NCBI RefSeq assembly: GCF_035285525.1
Contig: NZ_JAYKGW010000137.1
Coordinates: 1 to 15,921, forward strand
DNA length: 15,921 nt
Source: Okeania sp.
GTDB lineage: Bacteria > Cyanobacteriota > Cyanobacteriia > Cyanobacteriales > Microcoleaceae
Direction: 5' to 3'
In this document: piece after piece, positions 1-6,138 of the stretch
Position numbering within the stretch: position 1 is the stretch's first letter
How the letters are laid out: every line of letters starts with the position of its first letter
Notes under the pieces: generated by a model
Told to the model about the DNA's origin: nothing
Seen by the model: only the letters and a program-made list of their open reading frames with translations
Database searches by the model: none
Made by a program: the position numbers and the translations under genes

Positions 1-62
1 CCATAGTCTATGATTTTATGGTATTCTTTTACTGTCCATAAGTGAATTTTAGTTGTTGTCAT
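1..62 (-). CDS. Uma2 family endonuclease (DUF820-type), N-terminal end only; the gene runs off the left edge
   Basis: The reverse complement of 1-62 reads ATG ACA ACA ACT AAA ATT CAC TTA TGG ACA GTA AAA GAA TAC CAT AAA ATC ATA GAC TAT GG = MTTTKIHLWTVKEYHKIIDYG. The W-T-V-x-E-Y-H-x-(I/M)-I motif is the usual N-terminus of cyanobacterial Uma2 proteins. Confidence 0.5.
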   Translation of the reverse strand, partial: MTTTKIHLWTVKEYHKIIDY

Positions 63-208
63 TGTAAATTCCTGTTTTCTATTGACTGAATATATTATTC
101 TTACTATTCTATGGAAGAATATGAAAAGTTCGGGATAAATAAGTATTGGATAGTTGATTATTTAGGGTTAGGAGGAAAACGTTATATTGGAGACCCCAAG
201 TCTATAAG

Positions 209-237
209 AAACCCGGTTTTTTCAAAAAACCGGGTTT
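209..237. repeat. Perfect palindrome AAACCCGGTTTTTT-C-AAAAAACCGGGTTT (14-nt arms); possible hairpin or bidirectional terminator-like structure
   Basis: Read directly: 209-222 is the exact reverse complement of 224-237. The GC core CCCGG/CCGGG is flanked by internal T and A runs. Function is unknown. Confidence 0.8.
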
Positions 238-297
238 CTGGCCTCACTCATTAGTTGGAAGTGAATATACACTGAATTTATAGCGCTGCACGCAGGA

Positions 298-318
298 AAC
301 AGGGAACAGGGAACAGGG
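298..318 (+). repeat. Tandem heptamer AACAGGG x3 (STRR-type short tandem repeat)
   Basis: aacaggg aacaggg aacaggg, read directly. Confidence 0.9.
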
Positions 319-567
319 AGAATTAATGCCCGATAATATAAGGCTTTCGTCTGTTGGATAGCTCCTGGAATTTATAAAGATGCCAGCGCACATTGTTATA
401 TTTGGAGGTAAAAATGTGGTAAGTTCGTCTACTTTTCCCGAACTAAATTTGAGGGCAGAACAAATATTTGAAGTTGGGCAGTAGCTGAGAATATAAATTA
501 TGATAATAAGTAACAAATTATAGAAAATATAGAGCAATTTAATCTGAAGTTTAGGGGTGAATAAATA

Positions 568-795
568 ATGGAATAATTAACTATTAAATATCCAAAAGGT
601 TGAGAATTAACTGTTAATTTAATTAAGGCAGAAATGGAACAACATTTACGGTTAATGGCTCCTTTAAAAATGTACTAACTAGGTAAAATTTCTGCTGGAA
701 AAGCAGGTGCATTAGCAGGTTTATCTCGCCCTCAGTTTTTTGAAGCCTGTGGGATGTATGGGGTAAGTATTTTTAATTACAGTTCTGATAACTGA
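568..795 (+). pseudogene. UPF0175 family (type II antitoxin-like) gene with three internal in-frame stops
   Basis: A single frame from 568 reads ME*LTIKYPKG*ELTVNLIKAEMEQHLRLMAPLKMY*LGKISAGKAGALAGLSRPQFFEACGMYGVSIFNYSSDN*. The segment L..LY.LGK.S.GKA..LAG.S...F......GV....Y matches the UPF0175 core. In-frame stops are at 574-576, 601-603 and 676-678. Confidence 0.55.
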
Positions 796-805
796 TAACT
801 GAAAT
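785..805 (+). repeat. Heptamer array CTGATAA CTGATAA CTGAAAT at the 3' end of the UPF0175 pseudogene
   Basis: Read directly. The array supplies the terminal TGA (793-795) of the UPF0175 frame. Confidence 0.7.
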
Positions 806-1205
806 GGATCGCCCCACAAATTTTCGGCTCATGGTACTGGTGGAGGAGAATCTAACAATAAGGAGTTGTAAAATTATTCATTATATGATTTCATCCACTG
901 ATATTTTTCTGCTCTTTCCACTAACCATTGTTTTAAAGCAGTTGTCCGTCTAGTAGGTTCGACTTTCAACCCTAAGATTTGAGCGGCAGTTTCGATTAAC
1001 CCCAAACATTGAGGTCGAAATACTTGAATGATATTTGGTAAACTTTGGTCTGGAGCTACTTTTTGTAGTTGTGCCACTAGCCACTTAGCCTTAACTTCTG
1101 ACTGGGGAAAAATAGCCATAAATTCTAAGTTACGAGTGGGAGTACAGATTAATAATTCCCATAATTTTTGGTCTTATTTATCCTGGAGGGGGCGACGGTA
1201 ATAAT
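790..1205 (-). pseudogene. Tab2 family RNA-binding protein (DUF1092) remnant: N-terminal domain only, with a frameshift and in-frame stops
   Basis: The minus-strand frame of ORF 874..1119 extended upstream to 1173 reads DQKLWELLICTPTRNLEFMAIFPQSEVKAKWLVAQLQKVAPDQSLPNIIQVFRPQCLGLIETAAQILGLKVEPTRRTTALKQWLVERAEKYQWMKSYNE*. This fits the Tab2 pattern as I recall it (WELL.C ... P.S.V..WL..L ... FR.Q....I..A...LG...PSRRT.AL..WL.ER). Past the TAA (874-876) the same frame continues FYNSLLLDSPPPVP*AENLWGDPFQL, which is Tab2-like (P.P.P..L.G..W.F). Upstream of the stop at 1174-1176, a different frame reads ..VAPSRINK. (compare YSRPI in Tab2). No start codon remains, and the C-terminal ~170 aa are absent. 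Boundaries are approximate. Confidence 0.5.
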
Positions 1206-1380
1206 TTATTTGCCAAATAGTTCTGGTGTCTATTTATTTTTAAGGAAGAGGGAAAAAGCAAAATTAATTATAAAGTATAGTCAAGTAGTGAACTGTTTCA
1301 GCTAGAATAGTTAGTCATATTTTTAGGCAAAAGAAAATAGACAACCCAACCTACAGCTAGAAATTTAAACAACTCTTTCA

Positions 1381-1415
1381 TTATCAATTATCCATTATCA
1401 ATTATCAATTATTAT
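1381..1415 (+). repeat. Heptamer array TTATCAA/TTATCCA x5 (STRR-type) overlapping the stop codon and last three codons of the Rpn gene
   Basis: ttatcaa ttatcca ttatcaa ttatcaa ttattat, read directly. The Rpn stop codon lies at 1405-1407 inside the array. Confidence 0.9.
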
Positions 1416-2334
1416 CTAGCCAGTTTACCAAGTCTGCTATTGTTGCTAAATCAAAAATTTCATCACCTAAAATATCTAACTTTTCCCAAGATAATTGCTC
1501 TATTTGAGTTTGAACTTCTGGAGGTATTTCCCCAAACTTACGAATAATTTGACGTTTAACTAATATACCAATACCTTCTTCCCGGCCAATACCAATACCT
1601 TCTTCCCGTCCAATTTCAATTCCTTCTTTTATTGCTAAACTAATTTGTCCTTTATTATCTCTAATTAACTTTTCTTCTTGCTCTAATTCTTCTAATTCTT
1701 TATTGCTTAAATTTGCCCGATTCGCTATATTTAATGCTGCTTCTATTTCTGATACTGATTCTAACGATTCTGGTATTACTTCTAAATTTGGAGCCGAACT
1801 CAGAAAATATATCCATTTATCAGTTAGGGTTTCTAAGGCTGATAATTCTTTCTTGAATTTAGGTAATTCGACAAACATTAAGGTTAATTCATCTTCGTAA
1901 TAAATCGATTCTTTCTCTTCTTTAAATCTGAATTTAGTAATCATTTTATCTATTTCCTCAAATAAAACAAAATCCGTAATTGTTAAAGCAATAAAAGGTG
2001 TCAATTCTATATAACTTTCACCTACATCTAATTGATTCCCATAAGCTTTAGCTAGGTTATAAATTACTCGTTTTTGAAACCCTTCTACATTTAATATTTG
2101 CATTTCAATCATCACTGTTGAACCATTATCTAAAACTGCTTTGACATCAAAATAAGTCTCTTTTTTAGTATTAGTAGCTCCAGGGTTATAGGGGTTAATA
2201 ATTTTCAGAGATTGAATAATATTTTGATTGTTATAAACTATGGCATTAAGAAAGCTAATCAGGATATTTTGACTGTGAACAGAACCAAATATTTTTTTAA
2301 AAGCAAAGTCGGTTTTGGGGCTAATAAATGTCAT
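1405..2334 (-). CDS. Rpn family recombination-promoting nuclease / putative transposase (PD-(D/E)XK, PDDEXK_2-type, with a DUF4351-like C-terminal tail)
   Basis: 309-aa ORF. It has the N-terminal signature ISPKTDFAFKKIFG....NILISFLNA, the nuclease core YFDVKA...STVMIEMQ, and the C-terminal tail RKFGEIPPEVQTQIEQLS.EKLDILGDEIFD...ADLVNWL typical of DUF4351. Confidence 0.85.
   Translation of the reverse strand: MTFISPKTDFAFKKIFGSVHSQNILISFLNAIVYNNQNIIQSLKIINPYNPGATNTKKETYFDVKAVLDNGSTVMIEMQILNVEGFQKRVIYNLAKAYGNQLDVGESYIELTPFIALTITDFVLFEEIDKMITKFRFKEEKESIYYEDELTLMFVELPKFKKELSALETLTDKWIYFLSSAPNLEVIPESLESVSEIEAALNIANRANLSNKELEELEQEEKLIRDNKGQISLAIKEGIEIGREEGIGIGREEGIGILVKRQIIRKFGEIPPEVQTQIEQLSWEKLDILGDEIFDLATIADLVNWLDNN
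1567..1614 (-). repeat. In-frame 24-bp tandem duplication inside the Rpn gene (encodes GREEGIGI twice)
   Basis: 1567-1590 accaataccttcttcccggccaat versus 1591-1614 accaataccttcttcccgtccaat (23/24 identical). The paralog at 2888-3808 has one unit. Confidence 0.85.
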
Positions 2335-2394
2335 CGTTATATGTTTTCTATAACTTATATGATTTATGGTATACTATCAATTATATAGCAATGA

Positions 2395-2515
2395 GCGCTG
2401 GCGTATTTACATATTACTATTGTCTTTAAATGTGGTATAAATTTCTGCTACTATTACCAATATTTTTATTCACATTACATTAGTAGTGATTTGTACCATG
2501 TAAACATACCAGCGC
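2395..2515. repeat. Imperfect 18-nt inverted repeat (2395-2412 and 2498-2515) enclosing ~85 nt of AT-rich sequence
   Basis: gcgctggcgtatttacat versus the reverse complement of atgtaaacataccagcgc: 15/18 match, with perfect outer 7 nt and inner 6 nt. Confidence 0.4.
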
Positions 2516-2560
2516 ACCTTGCTATAATTTAATTTTAGTCTAGAAATTATTAAAACAAAA

Positions 2561-2701
2561 ATGTTAAAGACGTTATTAAATTTTATACCTTTGACAGAAG
2601 AAGAAATGATTGAGAAAAGTAAATTAGCCCTTGAAGATTATCGTCGTGGATGGGTTTCAATAGACCATAGTCCAGTGCGGGAATGGGTAGATTATCAATA
2701 G
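2561..2701 (+). CDS. Small 46-aa ORF with an antitoxin-tail-like sequence (hypothetical)
   Basis: ATG 2561 to TAG 2699-2701 gives MLKTLLNFIPLTEEEMIEKSKLALEDYRRGWVSIDHSPVREWVDYQ. The segment LEDYRRGWVSIDHSPVREWV resembles the C-terminal G-L-x-D-x-x-x-G-R-x-V-x-H-E-E-V-x-x-W tail of small RHH/CopG-type antitoxins. I saw no RBS. It lies between the two Rpn copies. Confidence 0.25.
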   Translation: MLKTLLNFIPLTEEEMIEKSKLALEDYRRGWVSIDHSPVREWVDYQ

Positions 2702-2852
2702 AAAAAATTAAACTTCAGTTAAATTAGGACTGGTTAGATTCTTTGGTAACTGAAAACTATATCCTTAATGCTGCGATTAAACTAACTCAAGATTACTGAG
2801 ACTTTAACATAGAGATTTCTCTAGAAAATTAGAGATTTCAACAACTCTTTAA

Positions 2853-2901
2853 TTATCAATTATCCATTATCAATTATCCATTATCAATTATCCATTATTA
2901 T
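2853..2901 (+). repeat. Heptamer array TTATCAA/TTATCCA x7 (STRR-type) overlapping the 3' end of the Rpn pseudogene
   Basis: ttatcaa ttatcca ttatcaa ttatcca ttatcaa ttatcca ttattat. This is two units longer than the array at 1381-1415. The stop codon lies at 2888-2890 inside the array. Confidence 0.9.
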
Positions 2902-3808
2902 TTAGCCAGTTTTCCAACTCTGCTATTGTTGCTAAATCAAAAATTTCATCACCTAAAATATCTAATTTTGCCAAAGATAATTTCTCTATCTGAGTCTCAA
3001 ATTCTGGAGATATTTGTCCAAATTTTCGGCGAATTTGACGTAAGATTTGTTTCACTACTCCAATTCCAATACCTTCTTCCCGTCCAATTTCAATTCCTTC
3101 TTTTATTGCTAAACTAATTTGTCCTTTATTATCTCTAATTAACTTTTCCTCTTGCTCTAATTCTTCTAATTCTTCGTTACTTAAATTTGCCCGATTCGCT
3201 ATATTTAATGCTGCTTCTATTTCTGATACTGATTCTAATGACTCTGGTATTACTTCTAAATTGGGAGCCAATTTCAGAAAATATATCCATTTATCAGTTA
3301 GGGTTTCTAAGGCTGATAATTCTTTCTTAAATTTGGGTAACTCCACAAACATTAAAATTAATTCATCTTCGTAATAAATCGATTCTTTCTCTTCTTTAAA
3401 TCTGAATTTAGTAATCATTTTATCTATCTCTTCAAATAAAACAAAGTCAGTAATTGTTAAAGCAATAAAAGGTGTCAAGTCTATATAACTTTCACCTACA
3501 TCTAATTGATTTCCATAAGCTTTAGCTAAATTATAAATTACTCGCTTTTGAAAGCCTTATACATTTAATATTTGCATTTAAATAATCACTGTTGAACCAT
3601 TGTCTAAAAGTGCTTTAACATCAAAATAAGTATCTTTTTTAGTATTAGTAACTCCAGGGTTATAGGGGTTAATAATTTTCAGAGATTGAATCACATTTTG
3701 ATTGTTATAAACTATGGCATTGAGAAAGCTAATCAAGATATTTTTACTGTGAACAGAACCAAAGATTTTTTTAAAAGCAAAGTCGGTTTTAGGGCTAATA
3801 AATTTCAT
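2888..3808 (-). pseudogene. Rpn family PD-(D/E)XK nuclease paralog inactivated by two in-frame TAA codons
   Basis: ORFs 3578..3808 and 2888..3478 are in the same frame and are collinear with the gene at 1405..2334. The only disruptions are TAA at 3578-3580 (copy 1 has GAA, the E of IEMQ) and TAA at 3557-3559 (copy 1 has GAA, the E of NVEGF). There are no frameshifts. Confidence 0.85.
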
Positions 3809-4146
3809 GGTTATATATTTTGTCTAACTTTTATGATTTATGGTAGACTATTTAATGCTAATGACGAGAAAATAGACCTCGCTAATAGCAATAATTGATT
3901 ACTCAGTTAGTAGTTTGAATTACAGAAATTTTAATATGAATAACCATCTCTTCTAGAATTCGCCCCTTCTTCTAACTACTCTCTACCTCAGCCAAGCGAT
4001 CGCCTGGGTAATAGTAAAAATGGCTTAGACACTGATTCAGAGAAGCTATGGCCTAGATAGTTGGGGTTGACATGAAATGGGAATTTTTGGGGTAAAATTT
4101 AGACTCTTGAGTAGATTAATATTTGAATTTTTATGGGTGTGAGGGT

Positions 4147-5379
4147 ATGAGTGCTAGCGATTTGTTGAAACAGGCCAATAAGTTGAAAAGAGAAGGGAGG
4201 TTGGATGAGGCGATCGCTCTCTATAATCAGGCTATTGAATTAAATCCTCATTTTTCTTGGATTTATTATTATTTAGGTGAATGTTTAGAAAAAACTGGTT
4301 ATTTAGAAGCAGCTGCCCAAAATTATCTTCAGGCAACTGAGCTTAATAAAAATTCTGCTTTTATGCAGTACAAGTATGGAAAAGTTATCAAATTTTTCGG
4401 CAACGAAGAAAATGGTGCTAATCTTTTCTTATCAATGCTTAAAAATTTTAACAGGTTGCCTTTATCGCTTTACCAGGATTTGTTTGCATACCTAAAAAAA
4501 AATAAAAAATACAATCAACTAATGTCAGTAATTTCTGCTATATCTATCAAGGATGATGAATGCAGTAGGTTTTTCAAAGCAGGAGACTCTTTTTGTCAAA
4601 GTAAAAAGAAGGCTATAATTATAGCTGCCGACTATAAATTTGTTAAAGGGATAAGAGCTCTTCTATATTCTTTGAAAACTAATTCTCCTTCTCTACTAAA
4701 TCATGACGTTTTGCTGCTTACCGATGAACCATATGCTTTTGAAAATAATAGCTTTATTAAACAAAATACCTCTCAAATAATTGAAATTAATACTGATAAT
4801 TATAGTAATATCGACACTAAAAAATTTGGATGGCATCCAAGATTTGTAAAATCTTTTTACTCATTTGAAGCTTTTAAAGATTGGGGATATGATGTAAATA
4901 TATTTCTTGATGCAGATACTTTATGCTTGTCAAACATAGACTTTCTCTTTCAGAATAAAGGTTACAAAATAATGGCAGCACTGGACATAGGAATTAATGT
5001 TTTTCCTAGAATATATAAATGCAGTCATTACATTATTAATACAGGGGTTATGTGCATAGATAAATGCTTGTTTCAATATTATGAAAGACTCTTAGAGATT
5101 GCCAGTAAAGGTATTTCCTATGATGGAGGCGATCAAGGAGTCATTAATCACTTACTCTATGAACAAAACATTAAAGTTAGCTACTTACATCCCAAATTTA
5201 ACACTCTAAAAAGAATCTATCATCATTTCCCTTCTATTTGGGCTGAGATAGAACCAAAAATAATTCACTATGTTGGCGATAAGCCTTGGAATGGTAGCGA
5301 AGGCGGATATGAAAAGTTAGAAGAAATTTGGAGAACTTACTACAATTTATCTTTAAACAAACCTGCAACTACTTCTTAA
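4147..5379 (+). CDS. TPR-repeat N-terminus fused to a family 8 glycosyltransferase (GT8, glycogenin/LgtC-like)
   Basis: The N-terminal TPR-like repeats read LKREGRLDEAIALYNQAIELNPHFSWIYYYLGECLEKTGYLEAAAQNYLQATELN. GT8 motifs are IIIAADYKFVKGIRALLYSL, the DxD motif FLDADTL, GGDQGVINH, and IHYVGDKPW. ATG 4147 (MSASDLL, preceded by GAGGG) is preferred over the TTG at 4123 used by the ORF track. Confidence 0.8.
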   Translation: MSASDLLKQANKLKREGRLDEAIALYNQAIELNPHFSWIYYYLGECLEKTGYLEAAAQNYLQATELNKNSAFMQYKYGKVIKFFGNEENGANLFLSMLKNFNRLPLSLYQDLFAYLKKNKKYNQLMSVISAISIKDDECSRFFKAGDSFCQSKKKAIIIAADYKFVKGIRALLYSLKTNSPSLLNHDVLLLTDEPYAFENNSFIKQNTSQIIEINTDNYSNIDTKKFGWHPRFVKSFYSFEAFKDWGYDVNIFLDADTLCLSNIDFLFQNKGYKIMAALDIGINVFPRIYKCSHYIINTGVMCIDKCLFQYYERLLEIASKGISYDGGDQGVINHLLYEQNIKVSYLHPKFNTLKRIYHHFPSIWAEIEPKIIHYVGDKPWNGSEGGYEKLEEIWRTYYNLSLNKPATTS

Positions 5380-6031
5380 CCACATAACAAGGAGTCATAC
5401 AGAAAGGAAACTTCTGAATAGTTACCCCCATTTTTTCAAAATAATCATCAACTGCTTTTGTTTCTCCAGGAAATACAGCATAATCATCAATAATTAAAAT
5501 TCCTCCAGGCACAATTATAGGAAATAAATGTTCTAAAATTGTCACCGCAGGTTCATAAATATCCGTATCCAAATTCAACAAAGAAATTTTTAATTCAGGA
5601 TGCTTTTCCACATAATCAGGAACAGTTTCTAAAATATTTCCAGCTACCAACTCTACATTTTTTTCAACTCCTTTATTCCGCAAAACCTCCATTAATTGTT
5701 CCGTCGAAATGCTTTGCTCTCCTGCTGCTGCCACAAACTTTTTCCGGGGTTCAATATCCGAAGCAAAATTAGTCTCTGGGAAAGCGCCAAAGATATCAAA
5801 ACCAATAATTTTCTTAGAATAAGCACTTCCCAATAAATCCCGAAACATAGCAAACCGCGCCAGAGAAGTTCCCTTAAATACCCCACATTCAACAATTGCC
5901 CCTGGTAAATTTTCTACTTGTTTATAAAGTTCGTAGTGGGCAATTAATTTACCCATTCTAGTAGGTTGGCAAGAAAGATAAAAATCATTCTCGTATTCAA
6001 AAGCACAGTTAAATTCTGGTAGTTCAATCAT
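5369..6031 (-). CDS. TylF/MycF-family (macrocin-O-methyltransferase-like) SAM-dependent sugar O-methyltransferase
   Basis: It has the SAM-binding motif GAIVECGVFKGTS and the family-typical metal-binding region LLNLDTDIYEPAVTILEHLFPIIVPGGILIIDDY. The ORF track starts at a TTG (6046). The first ATG is at 6031 (MIELPEF). The start is uncertain. Confidence 0.8.
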   Translation of the reverse strand: MIELPEFNCAFEYENDFYLSCQPTRMGKLIAHYELYKQVENLPGAIVECGVFKGTSLARFAMFRDLLGSAYSKKIIGFDIFGAFPETNFASDIEPRKKFVAAAGEQSISTEQLMEVLRNKGVEKNVELVAGNILETVPDYVEKHPELKISLLNLDTDIYEPAVTILEHLFPIIVPGGILIIDDYAVFPGETKAVDDYFEKMGVTIQKFPFCMTPCYVVKK

Positions 6032-6063
6032 AATTTTATTTGTCAATATTTGGGAATATAGTT

Positions 6064-6083
6064 ATTAGACGTGATTAGACGTA
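6064..6083 (+). repeat. Tandem 10-mer ATTAGACGTG ATTAGACGTA in the NeuB-methyltransferase intergenic spacer
   Basis: Read directly. It lies 18-37 nt upstream of the TTG at 6046 (33-52 nt upstream of the ATG at 6031) on the minus-strand operon. Confidence 0.6.
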
Positions 6084-6138
6084 ATTTTTTTAATTGATTT
6101 TTTAGATTTTAAATAAACTCAATTTATAATACCATCTA

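Larger units (their letters stand above)
209..336. mobile_element. 128-bp MITE-like insertion inside the Uma2 remnant, flanked by the direct repeat TATAAG (203-208 and 337-342)
   Basis: Removing the element plus one repeat copy rejoins the Uma2 reading frame exactly. The element carries a perfect palindrome (209-237) and three AACAGGG heptamers (298-318). I could not see clear terminal inverted repeats. Confidence 0.45.
111..484 (+). pseudogene. Uma2 family endonuclease remnant: 5'-truncated, interrupted by a 128-bp insertion, with an in-frame TAG
   Basis: 111-208 translates to MEEYEKFGINKYWIVDYLGLGGKRYIGDPKSI. 344-484 translates to LSSVG*LLEFIKMPAHIVIFGGKNVVSSSTFPELNLRAEQIFEVGQ*. Together these match the Uma2 C-terminal consensus as I recall it (EYWIVDY..LGG.R.IG.PK...ISVYQL..GEY.....F.G.D.I.S.TFPEL.L.A.QIF). 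Deleting 209-342 (134 bp) restores one continuous frame. The TAG at 359-361 sits where Q is expected. Only about 48 nt lie upstream, so the N-terminal ~110 aa are missing. Confidence 0.6.

Noticed and set aside
8-25. ctatgattttatggtat near the window start resembles tatgatttatggtat in the leader of both Rpn copies (about 2358-2373 and 3833-3846)
   Set aside because: The match is only about 15 nt with an indel, in AT-rich sequence. At the window start it lies inside Uma2 coding sequence (KEYHKIIDYG). It is probably chance.
244-537. 97-aa minus-strand ORF from the track
   Set aside because: It lies antisense to the recognisable Uma2 remnant (326-484) and crosses the MITE-like insertion. Its sequence is low-complexity and hydrophobic (LLLIIIIYIL) with no motif. 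It is most likely a shadow ORF in AT-rich DNA.
2811-2840. Direct repeat tagagatttc ... tagagatttc and the mini-palindrome tagaga-tt-tctcta just outside the second Rpn repeat unit
   Set aside because: These are 10-nt repeats in AT-rich DNA, and a hairpin with a 2-nt loop is sterically implausible. There is no supporting context.
1381-2901. Possibility that the repeated TTATCAA/TTATCCA arrays are CRISPR arrays
   Set aside because: The units are 7 nt and directly abutting, with no spacers, and no cas genes are present. These are STRR-type microsatellite arrays, not CRISPR.
3557-3580. Programmed stop-codon readthrough or recoding that would keep the second Rpn copy functional
   Set aside because: There are two separate TAA codons with no evident recoding signal, and one replaces the predicted catalytic glutamate. 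A pseudogene (or C-terminal fragment expression) is the simpler reading.
4067-4098. Sigma70-like promoter TTGACA (4067-4072) ... TAAAAT (4093-4098) upstream of the TPR-GT8 gene
   Set aside because: Both hexamers are good, but the spacer is 20 nt, outside the usual 16-18 nt. I could not find a better-spaced pair, so no promoter is called.
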